Source: an uncultured cyanobacterium (GTDB lineage Bacteria; Cyanobacteriota; Cyanobacteriia; PCC-9006; JAAUQQ01). From it: 64,000 bases of DNA. The notes beneath the pieces are model-generated. The model had not been told where the DNA came from, ran no database searches, and worked only from the letters and a program-made list of their open reading frames with translations. A program made the position numbers and the translations under genes. The DNA lies in assembly GCA_963718615.1 (NCBI GenBank), contig OY970368.1, positions 1,440,001 through 1,504,000 of the forward strand, in the 5' to 3' direction. Below, piece after piece: positions 29,913-40,152 of the stretch (within the stretch, counting starts at the first letter, position 1; every line of letters starts with the position of its first letter).

Positions 29913-31091
29913 ATGGCGACTTCATTTTTTAATAGCGGAATTGGTAATGGTTCAATTTCGCTGAGTAATCCTTTTAGTTCAGGTCTTTTTTCTGGCGGCA
30001 TTGGGAGCATACCCGGCAGCAGTTCAAGTAGCGGAACTATTCAAGGGGATAACGGAGATAACTTTTTGTCCGGTAGTTCTGCTGGCAATGATGTAATTTT
30101 TGGGAGAGGTGGTAACGATCGCCTCTTCGGTTACGGCGGTAATGACACCCTCAACGGAGATGATGGGAATGATTTCATTGACGGGGGACAAGGCAACGAT
30201 ATCTTGAACGGTGGCAACGGAGACGACACCATTCAAGGCGGATCGGGTGACGATATCATTGATGGCGGTGCAGGCAACGATCGCCTCTTCGGGGTCAGCG
30301 GCAACAATCAAATCAATGGAGGGGCCGGAAACGACTTTATTCAAGGGGCAAGTGGTAGCACTTTTACCGGAGGTGGCGTTGATATTTTGCGCGGTGGCGA
30401 TGGCAACGACCAAATTTTTGGCCTTAGTGGCAACGATCAAATCTATGGAGATAATGGTAACGATATTTTAGTGGGAGATGGAGGGGATGACCGGATTGAA
30501 GGCGGTAACGGCAATGATGAGCTCCGTGGAGAAACCGGCAACGATCTCCTCTTTGGTGACTCGGGGGTAGACAAAATTCAAGGGGGTCAGGGTAATGACG
30601 TCCTCGAAGGTGGTGGCGGCAATGACACCTTAATAGGCGGAATCGGCAATGATGTATTAATCGGAGTAGGGCGTGGCAGCACTGCCATTGGAGCCTCATT
30701 CCTCGGGCGAGGCGAGCAGGATTTATTGGTTGGGGGAGCAGGAGGTGATTTATTTGTTCTAGGCGGTCAAGGCAAGGCTTATTATTTTGGCGGTTCGCTG
30801 GATGGCACAGCATTGACTGGAGCTGATGATTTCGCTGTCATTGGGGTTGAACTGCTCGGGGCAGATGGCTCGGTTACCGGGTATGGTCGTGATTTTACAG
30901 TTGACCCTGATCCTGCGATCGGAGACCGGATTCAACTTGCTAATGGCATTAACTATCAGTTAGTATCTGGAGCTTTTGCTTCAGATAGCGATGCGTTGAT
31001 TATTGCGGATGTCGGTGCTGGAGCTGAAATTGTCGCGGTCATTGTTGGCGCAACGTTAGCAGAGGTTCAGTCGACGCTCGTGTTTGCCTAA
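29913..31091 (+). CDS. RTX-type Ca2+-binding secreted protein
   Basis: Many GGxGxDxL nonapeptide repeats; AGGAG RBS; no Sec signal peptide. Confidence 0.92.
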   Translation: MATSFFNSGIGNGSISLSNPFSSGLFSGGIGSIPGSSSSSGTIQGDNGDNFLSGSSAGNDVIFGRGGNDRLFGYGGNDTLNGDDGNDFIDGGQGNDILNGGNGDDTIQGGSGDDIIDGGAGNDRLFGVSGNNQINGGAGNDFIQGASGSTFTGGGVDILRGGDGNDQIFGLSGNDQIYGDNGNDILVGDGGDDRIEGGNGNDELRGETGNDLLFGDSGVDKIQGGQGNDVLEGGGGNDTLIGGIGNDVLIGVGRGSTAIGASFLGRGEQDLLVGGAGGDLFVLGGQGKAYYFGGSLDGTALTGADDFAVIGVELLGADGSVTGYGRDFTVDPDPAIGDRIQLANGINYQLVSGAFASDSDALIIADVGAGAEIVAVIVGATLAEVQSTLVFA

Positions 31092-31140
31092 AGCTTGTAA
31101 ATACCGACTTGGGAACAGCTATCAAAAGGCTGACTCAACG

Positions 31141-31166
31141 AAAAGAGCCCGTAAATGGGCTCTTTT
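31141..31166. terminator. Bidirectional Rho-independent terminator
   Basis: AAAAGAGCCCG-TAAA-TGGGCTCTTTT. Confidence 0.8.
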
Positions 31167-31276
31167 AGAAAGACTGGGCAGTCAATGCCGTCAGAACTAG
31201 CTCGGTATGCATGTGGTCTGCCATGGACCAACCCACTACTCAACGAGAAAATAGGTCGATAATGACTGCCAAGTAC

Positions 31277-31529
31277 GGTAGTCCTATTTAGGTAAGGATA
31301 GCCACAACCCCTTTCACGCAGAGCTTTCAGCGCTTAGAGTGAACTTTATAGACCTGAAATATCCTGGATTTTCTCACGGTTTTACAGCCACAAAGCCAAG
31401 ATATTCACGAAATAGTAGGTACTCTGGGCCATCTCATCGGCAGATACTTACCCTCTTCTACAAGGTAAGAAATTGTTGAAATTGATGCTGGTAGAGAGTT
31501 TCAGCCATCCTTACCTTTGGAGCACTACC
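31277..31529. mobile_element. IS1-family-derived MITE (253 bp, non-autonomous)
   Basis: Imperfect TIRs GGTAGTcctattTAGGTAAGGATAGC and (reverse complement) GGTAGTgctccaAAGGTAAGGATGGC; these resemble the ends of the IS1 at 60659; no clear TSD. Confidence 0.65.
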
Positions 31530-31813
31530 CGCTTATATCTTATTTCCTACGGGGCAATGAGCATTCCGGAAGAGTAAGAGAGGTTCAGTATTCTGGCTGA
31601 ATGGGAGTGTTCACAAAATCGGGTATGCCCCGCCTGTAACCCTTATGTTTTCGTTAATTTTAGGAATGTACACAAAATTCTGATAACTCCCAGTTCAGGT
31701 ATAAGCCAGACCTAGGCAATCCTTAAAAATATCCAATGGCTTGGGCGATCGCGATAGAACAAGCCAATGTTACATTTTATGTATTGACTCTCATGTCAAT
31801 ATCAAGGCCGGTC

Positions 31814-31829
31814 ATAGACAAAGATCTAT
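31814..31829. promoter_or_regulatory. NdhR/CcmR (LysR-type) operator
   Basis: ATAG-ACAAAGAT-CTAT (ATAG-N8-CTAT) about 10 bp upstream of ndhF3, a known NdhR target operon. Confidence 0.7.
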
Positions 31830-31838
31830 ATCATACCC

Positions 31839-33735
31839 ATGCTCAATGCCGACTTCTTCGCCCAGACCAGCTGGCTCATCCCCTGCTACCCAATGATTGG
31901 GGCGCTGCTGTCGATTTTTTGGTCCCCAGCGCTCATTCGCCGCACAGGGCCACGTCCAGTAGGCTATCTCAATCTGCTCACCACGGTTTTTGCTCTGGCT
32001 CATAGTGCCCTCGCCTTTTCAGCTCTGTGGCAACAGCCGGTCCAGTTTTTGCAGCTCTCCTGGCTACAGGTAGCAGATTTACATCTGGTTTTGCCCCTGG
32101 AGCTTTCTGCCCTAACGCTGGGGGCCAGTTTGGTGATTACGATTTTGAACCTCTTGGTTCAGATCTATGCCATTGGCTACCTAGAAATGGACTGGGGCTG
32201 GGGTCGGCTCTATGCGCTGCTGGCTTTGTTTGAGGCGGGGATGACGGCGTTGATTCTGTGTGACTCGCTGTTCTTTAGCTATATCCTGCTGGAGATTTTG
32301 ACCCTGGGAACCTACTTGATTGTGGGCTACTGGTTCAATCAGTCCCTGGTGGTGACCGGGGCGCGGGATGCGTTCTTGACCAAGCGGGTGGGAGATTTGA
32401 TTTTGCTCATGGGCGTGCTAGCGCTTTACCCCTTGGCAGGAACCTGGAACTTTAGCGAGCTGGCCGTTTGGGCTCCGACGGCAGTGGTCGATCCGACGGT
32501 GATGGCCTTGATCGGCATTGCGCTGGTGGCTGGACCCATTAGTAAATGTGCGCAGTTTCCCCTGCATCTTTGGCTCGACGAAGCCATGGAAGGGCCGTTG
32601 CCCACGACGATTTTGCGGAACTCGGTGGTGGTGGCCACGGGGGCTTGGGTGTTGGTGAAGTTGCAGCCGGTATTGGCGCTGTCTTCGGTGGCGACGGGGT
32701 TGGCGATCGCCATCGGCAGTCTCACAGCCCTTGGCGCAACCTTGATCGCAGCGGCCCAAATCGATGCCAAGCGGGTCCTCTCCTATTTGGCCAGCGCCTA
32801 CATGGGCTTGATTTTCATCGCCGTCGGGGCCGGTTACGCAAACGCAGCACTGCTGTTGGTCTTTACCCACGCCGTTGCCACGGCACTGCTGCTGATGAGC
32901 AGCGGCTCGATTATTTTGAATACGGTCACCCAGGACCTGACCCAAATGGGCGGACTCTGGAGCCGTCGCCCGATTACAGGATTATCCTTTCTAACCGGGA
33001 TTGCAGGCTTGATTGCGCTGCCCCCGTTCGGTGGGTTTTGGGCGCTGTTGGATTTAGTCAGTGGCCTTTGGGAAACGCAGCAGTGGGGCTTGCTCGGTGT
33101 CGTTGTTGCAACCAATGCCATTGCGGCCTTTGCCTTGGTGCGGATGTTTGGCTTGATCTTTGCAGGCGATCGCACCGCCATGACCGCCCGCGCACCGGAA
33201 CCGATTTGGCTGGTGGTGTTGCCGATGATGGCGATGACCGGGTTGACGTTACATTTGCCGATGGTGATGCATCAGTTTGCGTTGTTGCCAGAAGGGCACG
33301 TTGCTCTATGGTGCTTTGGGTTGGATTTTGTTGTGGTCTAGCGTTTTGGGAGGGGCGATCGCCACATTCTTCTACGTTTTCCCCCGTTCTGCCCAACCGG
33401 CATCGCTGTTGCCTCCGGTGCTCAATCGCTTGTTAGCCTACGATTTTTACACCCCGAAGGTTTATCAGGTGACGGCGATCGCAGCAGTGGATTTGTTGTC
33501 CAAGGGAACGGATTGGTTAGACCGCTATGTGGTGGATGGACTGGTGAATTTGGTGGGGTTAACGTCGCTGTTTAGCGGTGAAGCCTTGAAGTATGGCAAT
33601 AGCGGTCGGCTGCAGATTTATGCCCTAACGATTACGTTTTTTGTGGCAGTCATTGGCCTGTATATGGGGTGGAGTTATTTACCCAAATTAGTGTCCACCC
33701 ATCCGGCTTTAAATACCCTTTCCATTCAACCTTAA
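31839..33735 (+). CDS. ndhF3: NAD(P)H dehydrogenase subunit F3 (CO2 uptake), single frameshift near 33294
   Basis: GYLEMDWGW, ARDAFLTKRVGD, KCAQFPLHLWLDEAMEGP; C-terminus (LAYDFYT...GEALKYG..GRLQ) continues in another frame. Confidence 0.9.
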
Positions 33736-33772
33736 TCCCTTTATTCATCCCCCTGATTTTCCTGAAGCCTCC

Positions 33773-35293
33773 ATGCTAAATCCTCTCATTTGGCTACCGG
33801 TTGCCGGAGCCCTGTTAATCGCCTTTATTCCGATTCAGATTTCTGCCAAAACCGCTCGTTCTACGGCCTTAGCCGTATCCGGGACCGTTCTACTCTGGAC
33901 GATTTGGTTGTTTACCCAGTTCGACCTTGCCAACGCCGAGTTCCAAATGCGGGAGTTCATGCCTTGGCTACCCATGCTGGGATTAAACTACGACCTGGCC
34001 TTGGACGGACTGTCGCTGATGATGGTGGTGCTCAACAGTTTGCTCACCTGGATTGCCATTTATAGCAGTTCCAGCGAAACCGAACGGCCTCGGTTTTTCT
34101 ATTCCCTGATTCTGCTGGTCAGCGGTGGCGTTGCCGGGGCCTTTTTAGCTCAGAATTTGCTCTTGTTCTTCCTGCTCTTTGAAATCGAACTTGTCCCCCT
34201 CTATTTCTTGATTTCGATTTGGGGCGGCGAGAAACGGGACTATGCGGCGACCAAGTTTTTGTTGTATACGGCGATCGCCGGAGCCCTCATCCTTACTGGC
34301 TTCCTCGGTACCGTTTGGCTGGGCGGTAACCTCGATTTCTCCTACGCCAACGTCCTGCAACTGCAACTGCCCTGGGCCAGCCAAGTGATTCTGCTGGGAA
34401 TTTTGCTTGTGGGCTTTGGCATCAAAATTCCCCTGGTTCCCTTCCACACCTGGCTCCCCGACACCTACGTCACCGCCTCGCCTCCCGTTGCGATTTTGCT
34501 CGGTGGTGTTCTCGCTAAACTCGGCACCTACGGCATTTTTCGGTTTGGTTTAGGGCTATTTCCTGAGGCTTGGGCGGTTTTATCCCCCGGTTTAGCGGTG
34601 TGGGCAGCGATTAGCGTGTTGTATGGGTCGGTGACGGCGATCGCCCAGAAGGATATCAAACGTATGGTGGCCTACAGCTCCATTGGTCACATGGGCTACG
34701 TCATGCTGGGCGGTGCAGCTTTTACCGAACTCAGCCTCATCGGTGCCATTTCCCAAATGGTCTCCCACGGGTTGATTCTGGCGTTGCTGTTTCATCTCGT
34801 TGGTCTGGTCGAAGCCAAGGTCGGCACCCGCCAATTAGATGTCCTGAACGGTCTAATGAACCCGCTCCGGGGTCTCCCCATGGTCAGTGCGTTGCTGGTC
34901 CTCAGCGGTATGGCCAGCGCTGGCATTCCCGGATTGGTGGGCTTTATCACAGAATTTCTAGTCTTCCAAGGCAGCTACAGCGTCTTCCCCGTTCAAACGT
35001 TGCTCTGCGTGGTGGGCACTGGTTTAACCGCTGTGTACTTCGTGATTTTGATCAACCGCACCTGCTTCGGTCGTTTGGATAGCCAAAAAGCCTACTACGG
35101 CAAAGTTAGCTTCGACGAACGTATTCCGGCCCTAGTTTTAGCAACGTTGGTCGTTGCCTTGGGTTTACAACCCAATTGGTTAGTTCACTGGAGTAGTGCA
35201 ACATCCGCCTCCTTAGTGGCCGCCGTGCCTCATTTTGAAGCGGTGCAAGTTGCCGATGCAAATGGAATGGATTCAGATCTCAACATCCCCTAG
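33773..35293 (+). CDS. ndhD3: NAD(P)H dehydrogenase subunit D3
   Basis: GFGIKIPLVPFHTWLPD, QKDIKRMVAYSSIGHMG; position in the F3-D3-cupA operon. Confidence 0.93.
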   Translation: MLNPLIWLPVAGALLIAFIPIQISAKTARSTALAVSGTVLLWTIWLFTQFDLANAEFQMREFMPWLPMLGLNYDLALDGLSLMMVVLNSLLTWIAIYSSSSETERPRFFYSLILLVSGGVAGAFLAQNLLLFFLLFEIELVPLYFLISIWGGEKRDYAATKFLLYTAIAGALILTGFLGTVWLGGNLDFSYANVLQLQLPWASQVILLGILLVGFGIKIPLVPFHTWLPDTYVTASPPVAILLGGVLAKLGTYGIFRFGLGLFPEAWAVLSPGLAVWAAISVLYGSVTAIAQKDIKRMVAYSSIGHMGYVMLGGAAFTELSLIGAISQMVSHGLILALLFHLVGLVEAKVGTRQLDVLNGLMNPLRGLPMVSALLVLSGMASAGIPGLVGFITEFLVFQGSYSVFPVQTLLCVVGTGLTAVYFVILINRTCFGRLDSQKAYYGKVSFDERIPALVLATLVVALGLQPNWLVHWSSATSASLVAAVPHFEAVQVADANGMDSDLNIP

Positions 35294-35324
35294 TGGTCAA
35301 TCGAACTGACCCCACCCAACAGCC

Positions 35325-35347
35325 GGACGAACGCAGTTCGTCCCTAC
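35325..35347 (-). repeat. GTAG-type REP palindrome
   Basis: Minus strand reads GTAG-GGACGAAC-TGC-GTTCGTCC, intergenic between ndhD3 and cupA. Confidence 0.6.
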
Positions 35348-35369
35348 GCCCCATCACCCCATTGTCCCA

Positions 35370-36665
35370 ATGCCCACCGCAACCTTAACCGCCCCAATTA
35401 TCCCCCCCTCCACCCACCCCTTCGCCGACATCATCCATCGCCTCGAAGCCGGTGGTTCGATGTTGCCCGATACCCCCGATAACCTCAAGCAAATTATCGG
35501 CATTTACAAAGCCTATGCCGTCCCCATGGACTTCTACTGGCGCGACTTGTTGTATATCGCCGAGCGGGTATTTCTCAACCCCTTACCCGCCTTCAAATAC
35601 TTCATTTCTCAAGATTATCTCGATCGCCCTAATTGCTATGCCGGAGACAGCGCCGACCTGCGCATTTGGCGAGGTGAGGCCGATGCCCATCCCGAATTAC
35701 GGGAGTTTATGGACCAGGGAGAGGCTAAACGCAAACTGCCTCGGTTGCTGCATCATCTTTGGCATGATCGCGTCAATATGGAATTTGCCGAAGCCTGTAT
35801 GCAGGCGATGTTTTGGCATGAGGATATCAATCCGAGATTCAACGAATATCTCGACAGTGACGAATATAAAGCCAACGCCGATCGCGCCATCCGCGCCTAT
35901 TTCAAAGGCAATCCAGTCATGCTGGGGCTTTATAAACTCTTTCCAGAAATGTTCCTAGAGCAGGTCAAACGCCTGTCCTACTACGCCAATCTTGGCCTGT
36001 TTTGGGAAGTTATGGCTCCGGTCTTTTTTGAAATGAGTGACCTGTACGACGAAGGGAAACTCACCAGCGTGCCTGAAGCCATGCAATTCCTAGTCAATGG
36101 AATTTTCGCCGTAGCCGGTCGCCCCATTTACCATCACGTCTACATCGGTGGCCAATGCTTTGAAATCATTCCCAAAGCCCAAGGCTTCACCTGGCTCTAC
36201 GAAGCCGCCCTGCCCTACGTCGAAGCCGTGTTTTACCGCACCGCCCCCTTTCGCGGCACCAAATCCTATAACGCTCAGGCCGGTCAGGTCCCCAGCAAAC
36301 AAAAGGATTTTCACTACGGCATCCTCTACGCCGATGTCTTTCCTGTCGGTAGTGCAGGCATTCCCCCAACGTTGCTGATGCAAGATATGCTCCACTTCCT
36401 GCCCGACTACCTCGTGGAAGAATACCGCCAACACAGCCGGGGCGAAGACGACATGCTAATTCAGCTGGGCATCACCTTCCAGCGGTCCATGTACAACGTC
36501 ACCTCCGCCGTCATCCAAGCCCTACGTTGCGCTCTACTCTATCCCCTGGACGACCCCAATCCTGAACACCTCAAAGCCAATCGTCAGTTCTTTGAGCAAC
36601 AGATCGATCGCTTCACCCGCCCTGAAGCTCGCCTCCGCGATGTTCAACGTCAGGATTACCGCTAA
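35370..36665 (+). CDS. cupA: CO2 hydration protein CupA/ChpY
   Basis: IIHRLEAGGSMLPDTP, HLWHDRVNMEFAEAC, GSAGIPPTLLMQDM; 431 aa. Confidence 0.95.
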   Translation: MPTATLTAPIIPPSTHPFADIIHRLEAGGSMLPDTPDNLKQIIGIYKAYAVPMDFYWRDLLYIAERVFLNPLPAFKYFISQDYLDRPNCYAGDSADLRIWRGEADAHPELREFMDQGEAKRKLPRLLHHLWHDRVNMEFAEACMQAMFWHEDINPRFNEYLDSDEYKANADRAIRAYFKGNPVMLGLYKLFPEMFLEQVKRLSYYANLGLFWEVMAPVFFEMSDLYDEGKLTSVPEAMQFLVNGIFAVAGRPIYHHVYIGGQCFEIIPKAQGFTWLYEAALPYVEAVFYRTAPFRGTKSYNAQAGQVPSKQKDFHYGILYADVFPVGSAGIPPTLLMQDMLHFLPDYLVEEYRQHSRGEDDMLIQLGITFQRSMYNVTSAVIQALRCALLYPLDDPNPEHLKANRQFFEQQIDRFTRPEARLRDVQRQDYR

Positions 36666-36686
36666 CCCCATTCCCCCATCCTCCCC

Positions 36687-37085
36687 ATGGCCAACATTGT
36701 TGAAATCGCCGTAAACACCCCTGGCTTCTCCACCCTCGTTGCAGCAGTGCAAGCAGCGGGGCTCGTCGAAGCCCTTGCCTCTCCGGAACCCTTCACCGTC
36801 TTTGCCCCCAATGACGACGCCTTTGCCAAGCTGCCCCCTGGCACCGTCCAAACCCTGGTGGATAACCCGCCCCAGCTTGCCCGGATTTTGAAATACCATG
36901 TCGTTTCCGGCATCTATTCGCAAGAACAACTCGCCACCGCTAGCCCGTTAACCTCCCTAGAAGGCTCGCCCATCCCCGTTCGTCTCAACCCGTTTGAGGT
37001 CAAAAATGCGACGGTTTTAGCCGCTGACATTGAGGCGGACAATGGCATTATCCATGTGATTGATACGGTAATATTGATGGGATAA
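36687..37085 (+). CDS. cupS: Fasciclin-domain protein CupS
   Basis: [28 protein letters not shown]; follows cupA. Confidence 0.88.
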   Translation: MANIVEIAVNTPGFSTLVAAVQAAGLVEALASPEPFTVFAPNDDAFAKLPPGTVQTLVDNPPQLARILKYHVVSGIYSQEQLATASPLTSLEGSPIPVRLNPFEVKNATVLAADIEADNGIIHVIDTVILMG

Positions 37086-37213
37086 GTTCTCTGATTCAGT
37101 TGTCTGATAGGTTCTCCAATGATTTTCGTTGGTATAATCAGAATGATGGGTGAGACAGACTGTGTCTCTAGCCTTGTCTAGCAGCGTCTTTGGAGGCTTC
37201 TGCGGAGCAGTCT

Positions 37214-37309
37214 GATAGACCGAAAAATTCGGCTTTTGCTCTGGGGATATACAGAAAAGTTCTGCCTATCTCCCTTTCTGGGGGTGATATACGGAAAAAT
37301 TCTGTATAC
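37214..37309. repeat. Three degenerate palindromic repeats of about 24 bp
   Basis: GATAGACCGAAAAATTCGGCTTTT, GATATACAGAAAAGTTCTGCCTATC and GATATACGGAAAAATTCTGTATAC at 37214, 37246 and 37286. Confidence 0.6.
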
Positions 37310-37707
37310 TGAATTGTTATGCTCTCAGAAAAACTGTGATCACGACAGTTCAGTCTACGAGTACATTTTTTGGGGTTTGACCATCATCAAAGTCGTGCCA
37401 GTCTGATTTTTCTAACAAAGATAATACCTATAAGAATCATGGAAGACTCCGCTAGAAAATATCAAGCAGGTTTGGATTGTAAAAAAGCAGAAGAAGCACT
37501 TGAAGCATTTCTAGAAGAGTCGAATGACAAGGCTAAAGTATTTGCCATTAAAGGAGATTGGGGAATCGGGAAGACACACTTAGTAAAAGCATTTCTGGCA
37601 AACAGAAAAAAAGAGTATCATTATGCCTCTGTTTTCGGAGTTTCAACTGTTGACGAATTAAAAGTGAAATTATGGAGCAATTTTAAGTCAGACAAACAAG
37701 AAAAAAG

Positions 37708-38566
37708 GGTAGTGCCTTTAGCTGGGGGATGAGTATGTTGTGGCCATTAGAGAAAGAAAAAGCAAACTGGGTAAGACCCTTCTGTGCCAATTGCGATGAC
37801 TCAAGAGCTGCTTCATTGTCCTAACTGTCTATCTGAAGATATCAGCCGTAACGGCTTCAACGATCGCGGTACTCAAAGCTATAAATGTCGAGATTGCCAT
37901 CGCCGGTTTGTCCTGACTCCGAAATCCCTTCCCTTGAGCGATGAAGAGATAGCCTTGCTCGAACGTTTATTGCTTGAAAGGCTGGCCATTGCTGGAATTG
38001 CTCGGGTGATGCAGCGCTCCGAGAGCTGCATTCAGACCTACGTCAACGCCAAAGCTAAAACCGTTGCTCGGGAGGTGGAAGTGACGAAGAAAGTAAAAAA
38101 GCTCTGACGGTCCAGATGGACGAACTCTGGTCGTTCGTGGACCATAAAGGAAATAAACAGTGGGTTTGGATTGCTCTAGATGCGGACACTCGCGAAATCA
38201 TTGGCCTTTATATCGGGGACCGAAGTGCTAAATCTGCCGAAGCTTTATGGCGGTCTCTACCGGGAGTGTACCGCCAATGTGCAGTCATCTACACCGATTA
38301 TTGGGAGAGCTATGCCTGTGTGCTTCCTAGCCAACGCCACCGAGCGGTTGGGAAAGAAAGCGGGCTGACGAGCTACATCGAGAGGTTCAACTGCACCCTG
38401 CGGCAAAGGGTGTCGCGCTTGGTCCGAAAGGCGCTCTCGTTTTCAAAGAAACAAGAGAACCACGAGGCTGCGATCTGGAATTTCGTTCACCATTACAACC
38501 AGCAATTGCGCCTTAAGCAGGCTCATGCCGCTTCATTCTCTCCAGCACCCACATAATTGGACTACC
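37708..38566 (+). mobile_element. IS1-family insertion sequence (859 bp)
   Basis: Ends GGTAGTGCC...GGACTACC; perfect 8-bp TSD GAAAAAAG (37700-37707 and 38567-38574). Confidence 0.95.
37796..38556 (+). CDS. IS1 transposase InsA/InsB joined by probable -1 frameshift
   Basis: InsA zinc finger CPNC..CRDC; InsB QMDELWSFV, IERFNCTLRQR; slippery AAAAAAG at 38095-38101. Confidence 0.88.
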
Positions 38567-40152
38567 GAAAAAAGCAGTGAAGCCAATAGATCTAACCTTA
38601 GAAGTTGGTTCAAACCTATAAAAGATAATTCGCAAAACATAGGAAGTCTGATAGAAGCAATTTCGACAAAAAGAGAATATGGGGCTGGATTTACACTAGC
38701 AATTAGTGCATTACTAAGCAATCTTGTGCTTAGTAATGCACTTCAGAAGAAATTGATCTGCATTGATGATCTTGAAAGAAGACCAGGGAAATTTTCCCTG
38801 GATGAACTATTAGGGTTTATCGAAAATTTAGCGGAAGAGAAGGAATGCAAAGTCATACTCATTTATAATGAAAGCAAAATAGTCGAAGATCCTCAGGCGA
38901 GTAATACTTTAAAGGAATATAGAGAAAAGGTAATCGACTACGAAATAAAATTAGATCCTGACTCGGTTGAGAACTTTCATATTGGTTTCGGAAATACTGA
39001 TCCCGATGAAGATATAGTTTTGAATTATCTCAGCAAAGAAAATATTCAAGTTAATAATATTAGGGTTTTCAAAAAGCTGAAATGGAACCTGGACAAGTTC
39101 AGGCCCCATATTGCTGATTTTTCGCCCAGGGTTCGAGAGCGAATAATCAACGAAATAATTTTTATATCTTTATCAAAGCTAGACAATAATTTTCCTGTCA
39201 ATCTAGACGAACTAGTGTCACTAGGGGACTTCTCAAAACTCTTATCTGAAAGAGAAGAGGAAGGGCGAGATATTTATCTTTTGGCTATCAATCTCGGCTA
39301 CACAAATTCAGAAATCAGCAGTGAAATAATTTGTTTGGTTGAAACATCTTTTTGTGATTATCAAAGATTCTGTGGAGAGGGCAAAAGACTAAACGACAGA
39401 GAAATCCAACATGAGATTAGAGAAAAACTTCATGAGGCTTATAGGCCATACTTAGAGTCTTTTGAATCTGTTGAAGATGACCTTCAAAAGAATTTAACAG
39501 AATTTCTCGATAAATACTGTAAGTATCTGGATTTTCAAGAACTTCAAGGACTTAAAAGTATTTCAGAGGCAATCGACATAAACATTAACAGCTATGTCGA
39601 TACATGGATTAAACATCAAATTAATTGCTCTGATAAACTTGATGACTTATACAGATTGAAAGAAACTCTTCAGGATAATCATGCTTATGATAATAAAGAA
39701 TTAATTACTGAACTTGAAAGTAAGATTTCTGATTTTGAAAAGGATATAAGTATTGATGCAATACTTGTTCGAACTCTAACCGAGAAAAGGTGGTCCAGAA
39801 AAGACGTTAGCTTTTTGGATGCACGTACCCCAACACAGTGGGAACAATGGCTGTTGGAACGGCATCCTGATAAAGGCTTTATGGTTAGACAAGGGCTTAG
39901 CATGGAAGAGGAATTTTCTGAAACCTTAAGGGAAGTCATCATTGAGCTAGCGAAGAAAAGTAAGTTAAATGCCATGAGAGCAGAAAAGATTTGTAGAATA
40001 GACCTCTTGCATAAATCATGAAACTTAACGGATTCAATAGGGTTGCAGCCTTCAAGAGGGTATTCGTGCAAGAGGTCTAATCAGTTCTCCAACCAATAAG
40101 TTCTCTAAAAGTTCTCCAATGTGTTGATTTGGTTCTGCCAGTACACTAGGGC

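Larger units (their letters stand above)
37439..40021 (+). pseudogene. KAP-family P-loop NTPase interrupted by IS1
   Basis: Walker A KGDWGIGKT in the 5' piece, Walker B ICIDDLERR in the 3' piece; removing the IS and one TSD copy restores the frame (..QEK-SSEANR..), about 571 aa; AT-rich. Confidence 0.85.

Noticed and set aside
29913-30002. GLFSGG in the RTX N-terminus as a C39 cleavage site
   Set aside because: The region is generally Gly/Ser-rich and lacks the acidic helix typical of double-glycine leaders.
37214-37309. CRISPR array
   Set aside because: Only three degenerate units, spacers of 8-16 bp, and no cas genes in the window.
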